DNA of 64,000 bases. Origin: Verrucomicrobiales bacterium (GTDB lineage: Bacteria; Verrucomicrobiota; Verrucomicrobiia; Verrucomicrobiales; V1-33). Below, one piece after another: positions 48,215 to 58,863 of the stretch. The position numbers and the translations under genes were made by a program. The notes below the pieces were generated by a model. That model was not told where the DNA came from. It worked only from the letters and a program-made list of their open reading frames with translations, and searched no databases. The stretch spans positions 1-64,000 of the forward strand of contig JANOAV010000123.1 of NCBI GenBank assembly GCA_031411295.1, in the 5' to 3' direction. Position 1 is the first letter of the stretch, and each line of letters opens with the position of its first letter.

Positions 48215-50716
48215 TTAGGGCGCGGCCAGGCTTTTGAAATAGAGGATGATTGCTTCGATCTGGCGGTCGGAGAGGATGCCCAGGTAGGGCGGCATGCCAG
48301 TGTCAGGGTTGGCGAAGCCTTTACGCACCTTGGCGGTAGGGGTGAGGATGGATTCTTTGATGTAGGCTGCGTCCACGGAGACCGTTTTACCGGTGGTTAG
48401 GAGGGCCTCGCCTCCGAAGGAATGGAACCAACTGGGGCCTTTCATACCTTCCATTTTGCCATCGATGCTGTGGCAGGAAAGACAGCCCATTTGCAAGGCC
48501 AGGTGGTGTCCAGCCTCGGCGGTGGGCGTGAAATTTGCATCCGCTGTTTCCGCACTAACACCGGGAGCCTGCATGATGGCTGGGGAAATTCTGGCAGCGG
48601 CAAAGTCCAATTTTTCCAGCGAACGAATCGTGAACTCGGCCAGATTCTTGCAGGGAATTCCGGAGGCTAACTTCACATTCCACTCGACCTGCAGCTGCAT
48701 TACCGGTGCCATGTTATCCAAACGCAGGAAAACGCTGCGGGCGTCCTGGCTCAATACTGCGCCCACCACGGGCAGGAATTCATGACCCGGCGTGCCATCG
48801 AGTTTGTAGTGAGCGGAACCGTAGTCCTTGCTGCGCTTGTAGTTCCAACGCTGCGCGATAAACGCCCCTGGCGCGGCCAGGGAAAATTCATCCAAGGGTT
48901 CGGCAAAGGTAAGCACGACGCCTTCCGCCACCGCGCGCACGTTGGTCGGCTGGGGATTAGGTTTTCCGGTAGTCCTAACGCGTTTCAGACCGCTGATTTT
49001 CTTCGCATCCGCGCCCCAGATTTGCAGCCCGCAGAGATAGAGCGATCCATCCACCGGATGAATGGAGCCCTTCAGCAACGGGATATCCAGCTTCCAATCC
49101 ATGGGCACCACGGCAGCTTGCTTGCCGTCTTCCGGCAGGAAGGCCTCGAACACCGCAGACTTGAAATAAGCCAAGTGCAGCAGGTGACCTTCCAGTGATC
49201 CTAACTTGGAATTGACGGCCCAGACTTGGCCCGCCGCACTCTGGTTGAGTTCATGCGGGATCCAGCACGTGGCCTCGGTCACGATTGGAGGAGTGGGCGC
49301 GGGAGCGGCATCCGGGTAACCGTAGAAGGCCCCTGGCTGCACTAAATGAATCGGGCTGGTGGGAATGTAGTTTCCCTGTTGATCCGAGGCGCTAAGCACG
49401 CCGGTCTTCGGATGGATGCCCAGATACGGTTGCCGCAGTCCATTGCAAACCTCAGTCACCGTTCGCCCATCTGCTGACACTTCGTAAATGCGTCCGGCCC
49501 CATCTCCCTTGTTGGTAAGTTGCTGTCCGCCTTTGCAGATGTAGAATCCGCCACCGGGCTTCTTCACCATGTCCATGGGGTATTCCCGCGTCTCGGCGGT
49601 CTGGATGTAGGCATTGCAGAAGGTCTCGTAGCGTTCACACACACCGTCCTTACCGAGGTGTAATTTGATGATGCCGTTGCGAGTGAAGGTGTAAATTTTA
49701 CCATTCACCACCGCCACGCTCTGTGGTTCACCCAAGCCGCTGGCAATGCGCTGCCAGGTGACTTTGGCCAAATCCCCTGACAAACCGGAGGCGATCCAAA
49801 TATCGCCATCCAGCGTGCATAGAACAGCCCGGCCATCAGGAAAGAAATCCATTCCGCTCATCCGCACATTTCGTTTCCAGGGATTGGCTAGAGGAAGAGA
49901 AATGTCGTCGATGGCGTAGGCTGCGGAGTTGTCGGCCAAAGTTGCTGTGGTCGTGATTTTAGGCGCAAACAACGATTTAACATCATGTGGCTTCGCAACC
50001 GGAACGGCGGCTGTTTTTGCCATAAGGAATGCCCCATACCCCGCCATTCCACTGCCTAGCCTGCTACTTTTAAGCTCTACTGGAGTTGGGATTCCAGCCT
50101 GATCCAAGACTGGGCTTGGCCCGCTCGAACGTTCAATGTAGATGCTTGCGACAGAGTCTGTGCGCTTAACTGTCCAGCGATGCAGGAGGCGCTTACCTTG
50201 AATCTCATAGTGGACAGTGCCCGAATGATCCACCCCCAGCCACCGCCCCATTTCCCGAGGCACTGGCCCGCGTCCTAGCTCACGTGCATCCGCCGGAACT
50301 GGCCGGGGATCCGGCACCACCTTGCCATCAATGGTCCAGCCGAAGTAGCGGCCAGTGGCTGCCAGCGGTTTCCCAATTGGCTTCGGCAGATCCTTCTGCC
50401 CGGGTTCGGATTTCTTATTGAAAGTGTTATAAGAAATGGAGGCAATGCTCGTGAAAGTCAGGAAATTCCCATCTTTATCGCCCTCCCAGATCCCCGCCAC
50501 CCGCAGCAAATCCGTATCATAGCAGACGAAAATATTATTCCGCAGCTTCAGAATCACGCCTCGCACCACCAGGTTTTCCTTGGGGAAACCCTGCTTTTCC
50601 CAATCCCGAAAGTCCACCACCGATTCCAGAAACGGCATCGCAGGCTCCGCATACGGGCCGAAGGTTTGGGCGTGGAGTTGGAGTGTGCAACAGAAGAACA
50701 GGAGCAGATATTTCAT
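48215..50716 (-). CDS. Secreted DUF6797-like beta-propeller protein with C-terminal c-type cytochrome
   Basis: Signal peptide; 'YDTDLLRVAGIW'; 'NPWKRNVR.SG.DF.PDG'; CxxCH 'CLSCH' with distal Met 'GMPPY'. Confidence 0.8.
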   Translation of the reverse strand: MKYLLLFFCCTLQLHAQTFGPYAEPAMPFLESVVDFRDWEKQGFPKENLVVRGVILKLRNNIFVCYDTDLLRVAGIWEGDKDGNFLTFTSIASISYNTFNKKSEPGQKDLPKPIGKPLAATGRYFGWTIDGKVVPDPRPVPADARELGRGPVPREMGRWLGVDHSGTVHYEIQGKRLLHRWTVKRTDSVASIYIERSSGPSPVLDQAGIPTPVELKSSRLGSGMAGYGAFLMAKTAAVPVAKPHDVKSLFAPKITTTATLADNSAAYAIDDISLPLANPWKRNVRMSGMDFFPDGRAVLCTLDGDIWIASGLSGDLAKVTWQRIASGLGEPQSVAVVNGKIYTFTRNGIIKLHLGKDGVCERYETFCNAYIQTAETREYPMDMVKKPGGGFYICKGGQQLTNKGDGAGRIYEVSADGRTVTEVCNGLRQPYLGIHPKTGVLSASDQQGNYIPTSPIHLVQPGAFYGYPDAAPAPTPPIVTEATCWIPHELNQSAAGQVWAVNSKLGSLEGHLLHLAYFKSAVFEAFLPEDGKQAAVVPMDWKLDIPLLKGSIHPVDGSLYLCGLQIWGADAKKISGLKRVRTTGKPNPQPTNVRAVAEGVVLTFAEPLDEFSLAAPGAFIAQRWNYKRSKDYGSAHYKLDGTPGHEFLPVVGAVLSQDARSVFLRLDNMAPVMQLQVEWNVKLASGIPCKNLAEFTIRSLEKLDFAAARISPAIMQAPGVSAETADANFTPTAEAGHHLALQMGCLSCHSIDGKMEGMKGPSWFHSFGGEALLTTGKTVSVDAAYIKESILTPTAKVRKGFANPDTGMPPYLGILSDRQIEAIILYFKSLAAP

Positions 50717-50788
50717 CGCTTCGGAAGTAGCGTTTCGAGGTGGCGATGCCAAGCAGCAATCCACCATAAACGAGGACCGCCATCGGGA

Positions 50789-51472
50789 CTAATCCGCAAT
50801 CACCTCGACGACCACGCGGCGGTTCTTTTGGCGGCCTTCAGTCGAATCCGCAGGATGCAGCGGATGGGTTGAACCAGCGGCCACCACCTGTAGTTTCTCC
50901 GCCGACAAGCCCCGACTGACGAGAAACTTGGCCAGGGATTGAGCGCGCAGGGCGCTCTGCCGATAGTTGATATCCTCTGAACCTTCTTTATTAGCATGAC
51001 CCGTGAGGCGGAATTTCGCCCCCGGAGCCTGCGCCAGCACTTTTTGCACATCCGTCCAGATGCGTTGGTATTCGGAGGTTGGAACGTGATCCGAGAGTCC
51101 GTAGAAGATCGGCGTGAGGACGGGGACCGAGGCCAGATCACGAGCCGCTAGTTTAGCCTGGAGTTGGGCCACGGTGGCCTCGAGTTCCGTCACCTTGGCC
51201 TTGAGGCGGGCGGTTTCCTCCGCGGTGGCAGTGGGGTTTTGCTTGGTGGCCTGAGTCAGGCGCAACGCCCGCTCGCGCATGGCCGTGAGTTCGGCCTCCT
51301 GGGCTTTCATGTCGCGCTGGAGCGATTGCATCAGATCGCTCAGCGTCTCCACCTGTTCCTGCGCTTGCTTGAGTCGCTCCTGCAGTTCGGTCACCGTGTT
51401 TGGCTCGGCACACAGCATCACCACCGAGCTGAACCAGCCCGGTATCCAGATGAGGGAAATGCTTCTTTTCAC
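50789..51472 (-). CDS. OmpA-family peptidoglycan-binding protein with N-terminal coiled coil
   Basis: 'LTGHA..EG....N...SALRA', 'G...P', 'GRQKNRRV'. Start uncertain: GTG 51472, or 51517 in the ORF track. Confidence 0.8.
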   Translation of the reverse strand: MKRSISLIWIPGWFSSVVMLCAEPNTVTELQERLKQAQEQVETLSDLMQSLQRDMKAQEAELTAMRERALRLTQATKQNPTATAEETARLKAKVTELEATVAQLQAKLAARDLASVPVLTPIFYGLSDHVPTSEYQRIWTDVQKVLAQAPGAKFRLTGHANKEGSEDINYRQSALRAQSLAKFLVSRGLSAEKLQVVAAGSTHPLHPADSTEGRQKNRRVVVEVIAD

Positions 51473-51622
51473 TTGTGACGGCAGCTTGGGAGGGTGGTCC
51501 TGCGGTCCGAGGAACACGCCTAGTTAGCGTGAATTCTTTCGTGAAACAATCGAAAAAAGACGGGAGGCGCAGAAATGCTTTTCTTACTTGCGCAATGTTA
51601 AGCTGTGCTGACCTTTGGCCAC

Positions 51623-53014
51623 ATGAAATTTATCTGGTTCCTTGCCTTCCGCTATCTTAAGCCTCGTGGCACGTTCTTTTCCATCATCACGCTGCTCTCG
51701 ATTGTTGGCGTAATGTTAGGCGTGGGCGTCCTGATCGTGGTGATTGGTGTGATGAGCGGCTTCGAACGCAACATTAAACAAAACATTCTCGGCCTGCAGG
51801 CGGAAATCGTCTTGAGTGAGTATTCACAAGTTTTGGATGAGAGCGGGAAGGCGCTGCCACGGCCACCGGACTGGGTGGATTGGAGGAAATGTCGCGAGTT
51901 GGCGAAGGCCATGCCGCACGTGAAATCGGTGTCGCCCTACATCAATCTCATCACCCTGATCGAACCGGACGTGCAGGGAAATGCCGAACCGCAGGTGGCC
52001 AACTTCCTGGGATTGGATCCCGATGACCCTGCCAATGAGGCGCAGTTGACCAAGCTGAAGAAGATGATGATAGCTGAGTCGGAGGGTGGCGGAGTCTTCG
52101 ATCTGGGATCGGGTGCCAAGGGGGATAACATTGTGATCAATCGAAAACTGGCAAATCGACTCGGAGTGGGGGTGGGGGACAAGGTGAACACCTTTTCCCC
52201 GGAGATGATGAAGGAAGTGCGCGGTGCTTGGAAGCGGTGGGAGGCTACTAAAGACAAGCCTGAGGAGCGCAAGACGGCCGAGGATGAAATGAGCAAATTG
52301 CTGGTGCCGACGGAATTTTACGTGGCGGGGATGTTTGATTCTCCGGCGCATTCAGACTTCGTGATCTTTTCCCTCGATAGCGCGCAGACCCTAAGTGGCA
52401 AGGCGGGCTCAGATTTCATTACGGGTCTGGCGGTGGCCACCGAGGACCCGCTGGCGGCTGATTCCACGTTCCGGGCGATGCTGGATAATCCCCAAATGCC
52501 GCCCAACTGGGGTGGTCATACTTGGATTGACGCGAATCGGAATTTCTTCAACGCGATTCAAAACGAACGCAGCATGATGTTTCTCGTGCTGATGATCATC
52601 GTGGTGGTGGCCGCATTTTCCACCATGATCAGCATGATTATCTTTGCAGTGCAGAAACGACGGGAGATTGGCATGGTGCGGGCGCTGGGGGCCACCACGC
52701 CGCAGATTCTGGGCATCTTCACGGTGCAGGGAATGATTATTGGTCTGGTGGGTGTCATTGCTGGCGTCATTGCTGGCAAGACCGTCCTGCATTTCCGTAA
52801 TCCGATTCGCACTTGGCTCAGTCAGAAGCTCCACATCGATATCTTTCCGGCCGATATTTACGGCCTCAGCGAGTTGCCCGCGTATTTGCGCCCCGAGGAC
52901 TTGAATATGATCTGTATCGTCTCCTGGTCGCTTTGCACGGTGGCAGCTTTGTTGCCTGCATTTATGAGCACCCAGGGTAATCCTGCCAAAGAACTCCGGG
53001 GTGGGTCGCAATAG
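51623..53014 (+). CDS. LolC/LolE-like (FtsX-type) ABC transporter permease
   Basis: 'FLAFRYL', 'GV.LGV..LIVV.GVM.GF', 'KRREIG..RALGA', 'IYGLSELP', 'P..ELR'. Confidence 0.9.
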   Translation: MKFIWFLAFRYLKPRGTFFSIITLLSIVGVMLGVGVLIVVIGVMSGFERNIKQNILGLQAEIVLSEYSQVLDESGKALPRPPDWVDWRKCRELAKAMPHVKSVSPYINLITLIEPDVQGNAEPQVANFLGLDPDDPANEAQLTKLKKMMIAESEGGGVFDLGSGAKGDNIVINRKLANRLGVGVGDKVNTFSPEMMKEVRGAWKRWEATKDKPEERKTAEDEMSKLLVPTEFYVAGMFDSPAHSDFVIFSLDSAQTLSGKAGSDFITGLAVATEDPLAADSTFRAMLDNPQMPPNWGGHTWIDANRNFFNAIQNERSMMFLVLMIIVVVAAFSTMISMIIFAVQKRREIGMVRALGATTPQILGIFTVQGMIIGLVGVIAGVIAGKTVLHFRNPIRTWLSQKLHIDIFPADIYGLSELPAYLRPEDLNMICIVSWSLCTVAALLPAFMSTQGNPAKELRGGSQ

Positions 53015-53117
53015 AAACCAGGGTCATGATTCTAGAACAACTCCGCTAACTACTTGCATTCTGGCCTTAAACTTGCTCTAATTACTTCGGCGGCTTCCCG
53101 CCTGATGAAACAACCTT

Positions 53118-53606
53118 ATGGAAACAATACCGCAATGCGCTGCCACTTCCCGTGTGGAACCAGCGACCATCGAAGACCTGAATGAACTCACCAATTTGGT
53201 GATGTCGCTCCTGTCTATGGAAGAAGATTTCGTCGTGGATCGGGAAAAGCAGCGCCAAGGCTTGAAGCTCATCCTGGAGCAACCAAACCGCGGTCGCATT
53301 TTCGTGGTGCGTAACGAGCATAAACTCATCGGCATGGTGAACCTGTTGTTCACCATTAGCACGGCTGAGGGTGGTTTTGTCATCCTAATGGAGGACGTAA
53401 TCCTGCTGCCCGAGCACCGGGGGCAGGGCTACGGTGGGATGCTGTTGAAGTATGTGATCGATTTCGCCAAAAAGAAGGACTTCAAACGCATCACCCTGCT
53501 GACCGATAAGATTAACGCCGAGAGCCAGAACTTCTTCACGCGTCATGGCTTCCACCATTCGCATATGATCCCCATGCGCTGGATCGCCAGCGAGCAGGCC
53601 GAGTAA
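53118..53606 (+). CDS. GNAT family N-acetyltransferase
   Basis: Acetyl-CoA motif 'PEHRGQGYG..LL'; 'N..SQNFF..HGF'. Confidence 0.88.
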   Translation: METIPQCAATSRVEPATIEDLNELTNLVMSLLSMEEDFVVDREKQRQGLKLILEQPNRGRIFVVRNEHKLIGMVNLLFTISTAEGGFVILMEDVILLPEHRGQGYGGMLLKYVIDFAKKKDFKRITLLTDKINAESQNFFTRHGFHHSHMIPMRWIASEQAE

Positions 53607-53697
53607 AGGTCGCGAGTGGGGTGAATGGTCCATATGCCCCTGACAAACCCCAAAATCACCCTTGCCTGACTGGCAGGTATCCTGATCCTTCCCTAGC

Positions 53698-54141
53698 ATG
53701 TCCTCACAGCCTCAGTCACCCTCAGAAACTCCCGTTCCGCCCAAAAAGCGCGTTTCCCGCTGGTTCTGGATCGCCCTGGTGCTGCCCGCAGTAGCGTTGG
53801 ATTTTTCCACCTTGTTCACTGGCAAGCATTACGCGGTGCCCGCAGATGCCCGGGCCCATCAACTGGAACGCGCCGGCACTTGGCTGGCTTGGTCCATGGT
53901 GGGACTGATGGTATTCCTGGGGCTCTTTATCGGATGCTTGGTCTGGCGTTTCCGCCGACTTTCCCGCAATCCAGATCCGGGTTTGGTCCTGCTGGATGAG
54001 TTATACCAGGATTCCCTAGCGGAAAAGGCGGGTCGGAAATCAAGCGGAGCACCATCCGGCGGCTCCCCACCGCAACAGGAACTGGCCAACCCGCCTCCTC
54101 CAGAGTGGGAAAAGCAAGACGACTGGTGGCGCAAACCGTAA
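53698..54141 (+). CDS. Hypothetical membrane protein
   Basis: Two hydrophobic segments and a 'WEK..DWWRK' C-terminus. Confidence 0.7.
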   Translation: MSSQPQSPSETPVPPKKRVSRWFWIALVLPAVALDFSTLFTGKHYAVPADARAHQLERAGTWLAWSMVGLMVFLGLFIGCLVWRFRRLSRNPDPGLVLLDELYQDSLAEKAGRKSSGAPSGGSPPQQELANPPPPEWEKQDDWWRKP

Positions 54142-54376
54142 TTCGAATGTGGCAGCATGTCCGCTGGACGACTGGTTCCGGGGGAGCGTGGCGATTTTGC
54201 TTCGAAGGCACAAAACGTGCTGATCTCTTGTGCCCATGGCACCGCCACCCAGCAGAAGAATTCATTTGCGGAATCGACTCCTCGACTTGACGCCTTCCTG
54301 AGGGACGACTATGAATGCGACCCAGAAAAATTTGACTAACTGATCACTCCGAACTTCCAATCCCCCTCGTAACCCC

Positions 54377-55591
54377 ATGGCTAAGCAAAGCATTCGCGAC
54401 CTCAATCTGACCGGCAAACGCACTCTGGTGCGGGTGGACTTCAATGTGCCCCTAGAAGAGAAAGACGGCCAAATGGTGATCACGGACGACACCCGGATTC
54501 AGGAAACGCTCCCCACGATTAAGAACCTGATCGAGCAAGGCGCAAAAATCATCCTCTGCAGTCACTTGGGTCGTCCCAAAGGCCAGCCCGACCCCAAGCA
54601 AAGCCTAGCACCAGTGGCCGCGGCGTTGGGCAAATTAATCGGTAAGACCGTCGCCTTCGCCACCGATTGCATTGGCCCGGAAGCCAAGTCCAAGGCGGAC
54701 GCTTTGAATAATGGCGACGTGCTCCTGCTGGAAAACGTGCGTTTTCATGCTGGGGAAGAGAAGAACGATCCAGCCCTGGCGAAGGAATTAGCCGAACTGG
54801 CTGAAGTCTATGTCAACGACGCCTTTGGCAGCGCCCACCGCGCCCACAGTTCTACTGCGGGCGTGGCCGCATTTCTCCCAGCGGTGAGCGGTCTGCTCAT
54901 GGAAAAGGAACTGGCCTACATGCACGACGAGTTGGAAAATCCCGCCCGTCCATTCGTGGTTATTCTCGGCGGAGCCAAGGTGAGCGATAAAATTTCCGTC
55001 ATCAATCGCCTGCTGGAAAAGGCCGATACTGTCATCATCGGCGGCGGGATGGCTTACACGTTTCGCAAGCTGGTCCAGGGCATCACCCTGGGCAAGAGTC
55101 TTTACAAACCCGAGTGGGAACCGATCGCGCAAGCGGCCTTGGATAAGGCCAAAGAACGCGGCGTGAAGTTGCTGATTCCGGTGGACGCGCTCATTACAGA
55201 TGCCTTTGATTTCGGCACCATGACCGTCGGCACCACCCGCTACACCGCCGTGAACGAGAGCATTCCCGACGGCTGGGAAGGGGTCGATATTGGTCCTGAA
55301 TCAGTGAAATTGTTCGCAGCAGAGATCGCAGCCGCCAAGACCGTCCTCTGGAACGGTCCCATGGGCGTCTTCGAAATCAAAGCCTGCTCCAAGGGCACGT
55401 TTGATATCGCAGAAGTCATTGCCGCCAATACCGAAGCCACCACCATCATTGGCGGTGGAGATAGTGTGAAAGCCGTGAAGAAAGCCGGTGTGGCCGATAA
55501 ATGCACCTTCATTTCCACTGGTGGTGGCGCCAGCTTGGAACTGTTGGAAGGCAAGGAACTACCGGGGGTGGCCGCTCTCGCTGACAAGTAA
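54377..55591 (+). CDS. pgk: Phosphoglycerate kinase
   Basis: 'RVDFNVP', 'SHLGRP', 'LENVRF', 'NDAFG.AHRAH', 'GGAKVSDK', 'STGGGASLE'. Confidence 0.98.
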   Translation: MAKQSIRDLNLTGKRTLVRVDFNVPLEEKDGQMVITDDTRIQETLPTIKNLIEQGAKIILCSHLGRPKGQPDPKQSLAPVAAALGKLIGKTVAFATDCIGPEAKSKADALNNGDVLLLENVRFHAGEEKNDPALAKELAELAEVYVNDAFGSAHRAHSSTAGVAAFLPAVSGLLMEKELAYMHDELENPARPFVVILGGAKVSDKISVINRLLEKADTVIIGGGMAYTFRKLVQGITLGKSLYKPEWEPIAQAALDKAKERGVKLLIPVDALITDAFDFGTMTVGTTRYTAVNESIPDGWEGVDIGPESVKLFAAEIAAAKTVLWNGPMGVFEIKACSKGTFDIAEVIAANTEATTIIGGGDSVKAVKKAGVADKCTFISTGGGASLELLEGKELPGVAALADK

Positions 55592-55629
55592 ATTTTAAAC
55601 TTCCCACCCAACCCAACAACACTGAATTT

Positions 55630-56412
<783 letters not shown>

Positions 56413-56449
56413 CCGCCCGCAGGCGATCATTCGCAATCGGAACGACTGA

Positions 56450-56481
56450 GGGTGGCAGCAGTCGGTCCGACTGCTGCACCC
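56450..56481 (+). repeat. REP-like GTGG-hairpin element (copy 4), possibly also a terminator after tpiA
   Basis: GGGTGGCAGCAGTCGG-T-CCGACTGCTGCACCC. Confidence 0.6.
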
Positions 56482-56644
56482 CACCAGCTGCGATCACCTC
56501 CCAGCTCAAAACTCAGCAAACGGTGGCCATGTTTTCATTGAAACGCCCAGCGTTTTAGACGCTGAACTTAGGCCAGTTGGTGCGGACCCTGAAAAGGAAT
56601 CCCGAATATTTAGGGAAAGAGGCAAGGGTTGGTTTCCCGCTAAC

Positions 56645-58465
56645 TTAAGCGAACAGCTGGCGATCAGTCGAGTGAAGGTCGTTTTCGTCGTAATATGGTC
56701 CGACCCATTTGTCATTCGTCGATAGGTGCCACCCGACCGCATCGGCCATTTTGCTCTTCGATGCATCTGCCGGAGCTGCGGCTGGCTTTCCGGCCTTACC
56801 CGCTTTTGCGGCGTGTTTGTTGAGGAAGTCGAAATGGTCGATTAGCCCGAGTGCTTCAATCGCGAAGACCGTTGCGATGTCTCCGTCGCGGATCGCGAGG
56901 AGGTTGTCTCCGTTTTGCTGCTCACCTCCAAGTGCGAGGTTGGATGAACCGCAATAGACGATGGGATCCTTGCCGTTAAATCCGCACACGACAAACTTGT
57001 GATGCACCTGATGCCCCAGGCCAACGGTCGGCACCTGGTTGAACGGGGGCGGCAGGACGGTCGTTCCCGGCTTGCCGGTGACGAGCACGCCGGTTTTATT
57101 GCCCGGCTTGTAGAGCGCGACACCTTTGGTAGTGTCGGTGATGCCATAGCTAAAGATAGTTTCGGTCTTGTGAATCGCTCGCAAAGCGGGGAAAACTGGG
57201 CCAGTGGCGGTCTCGTCCATCCCCATCACAGCGAAAAGCACGCTGCCCTTACTTTGCGTTTTCTCCTTTTCGACGCGCGCCACGAGGCCGTCCAGGATGC
57301 CTTTCGCCACGCTCCCGGTGTGCGGTGAAAATGTAATCTCCATCTTTGGCCCGGTCTTCAAGGTGAACGCGGAAGGTTTATTCGCTTCGTCGGTCTTGCT
57401 GAAATCGCTCTGGACTTTCTTGTCCCATACGGTTTGAAAAACCTTGGCATAGGTGGAGGCAACGCTCTGGTCGTTGAAGATCAGCACATGGTTCGAGTTT
57501 ACGTAAAGCCCAGTCACCGAGAGGTTAGTTGATCCTGTCAGCACTTTCAGCGCATTTTTCTTGTCGTCGGACACGATGAAAACTTTGTCGTGTGCGAAGC
57601 GCCCGAAATGCCCCCGCAGCAGTTGCGGAGGGGCCTTGGCCTGTTTCGTAAACTCCTTTTCGAATTCATCCTCGGGCGTCGGCTTGGTCGTATTGTGGTG
57701 CAAGGGGGCGTTGTCGAGGATCACGCGGATGCGCCCTTGTGCAGCGAGTGTGAGCATCGCTTTAATTACGTCCGGTTCGTTCAGATCGTAAGCAAAAGCA
57801 TCCAGCCGGAGGTTCTTGTTTTTAACCACTTCGTTCGTGATATCGAAGATGCGTTTGCGGGCGGTGAACCCGAGCCATTGGTATTGGTCAGCAAATGTGT
57901 AGCTCTTGCCCTCGTCGTTCTTGCCGGAGACCTGTGAGGTGTCGAAAAGCAATTCCTTCTTCTTCGGGCGAAAGATCGCCTTCTTCCCGAAGTGCCGCAC
58001 GAAAGCCTGCGACTGTGTGAAGCCACGTGTGAATCCCACGCTAACGTCGTCCGTGGTAAACGGCTGCATCGGCAGCGTAACCGATACCGACAAGGTGGGG
58101 TCGAGTTTCAGCATCGATTGCTTCGCGTTAAAATAGCGTGGGGTGACCGTGTAGGTATAGTCTCCAAAAAACGGACTGGTGCCCTGATGATCGGAGCCGG
58201 GCACATGAACCCAGCGGAATTTGTGAATCGGCGCGTTGACGCTTGAGTTGGGTGATTCGCTGGCGACCTGCTCGTGGTCCGCTGGCGTTTCGAAACGCAA
58301 AGTGTTGAACAGGAAGTAGGATTCCTTCCCCTTCGGCTGACATTGAATCGTGAAGCCAGCAAGATTTTTGGTTCGCGCTTTGGGCAGATTGAACGCCAAC
58401 AGAGTCCGTGCGTCGCCTTGATAGGCTTTAACCGTGAATTGACCGTTTTTAGCTGATGTATTCAT
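56645..58465 (-). CDS. Phospholipase D-superfamily protein with two HKD-type motifs
   Basis: 'AHDKVFIVSD...TGSTN' and 'VHHKFVVCG...GSSN'; no signal peptide seen. Confidence 0.88.
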   Translation of the reverse strand: MNTSAKNGQFTVKAYQGDARTLLAFNLPKARTKNLAGFTIQCQPKGKESYFLFNTLRFETPADHEQVASESPNSSVNAPIHKFRWVHVPGSDHQGTSPFFGDYTYTVTPRYFNAKQSMLKLDPTLSVSVTLPMQPFTTDDVSVGFTRGFTQSQAFVRHFGKKAIFRPKKKELLFDTSQVSGKNDEGKSYTFADQYQWLGFTARKRIFDITNEVVKNKNLRLDAFAYDLNEPDVIKAMLTLAAQGRIRVILDNAPLHHNTTKPTPEDEFEKEFTKQAKAPPQLLRGHFGRFAHDKVFIVSDDKKNALKVLTGSTNLSVTGLYVNSNHVLIFNDQSVASTYAKVFQTVWDKKVQSDFSKTDEANKPSAFTLKTGPKMEITFSPHTGSVAKGILDGLVARVEKEKTQSKGSVLFAVMGMDETATGPVFPALRAIHKTETIFSYGITDTTKGVALYKPGNKTGVLVTGKPGTTVLPPPFNQVPTVGLGHQVHHKFVVCGFNGKDPIVYCGSSNLALGGEQQNGDNLLAIRDGDIATVFAIEALGLIDHFDFLNKHAAKAGKAGKPAAAPADASKSKMADAVGWHLSTNDKWVGPYYDENDLHSTDRQLFA

Positions 58466-58863
58466 AATTAGAGGTAACCGCCTCTTTAGTCTGGAGATCG
58501 TAATATCGCAAACGGTAAAATGCAACACGCCACGGAGCCCTCGACTTGCGGGACTAAATAGTCAGACAACCGATCGATGGCTGCTCTGGGGCTGAAGGAC
58601 TCGAGTGTAGCCGGAGCAGATCGATGCGAAATGCTTTCGTCGCTGACGGTGGCTAAAGTTCCCAAGGTGTGAACTTTTGCAGCAGCGGACGGATGGAAAA
58701 TACCATTTCTTGTAATTATTTCCAAAATTTCCAATAATTCCACCATTAAATGGTTATTATTCACTTGCGAGGACATGAACTTATCTTAATGCACTCTTGC
58801 CAATTGCTGCTAGCAGGATGCTAACAACCTGCGTTTCCCCAACGCTCAACTCAAAACAAAAAA

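Noticed and set aside
54157..54339. 60-aa ORF upstream of pgk
   Set aside because: No motif; probably the pgk promoter region (TTGACG at 54287).
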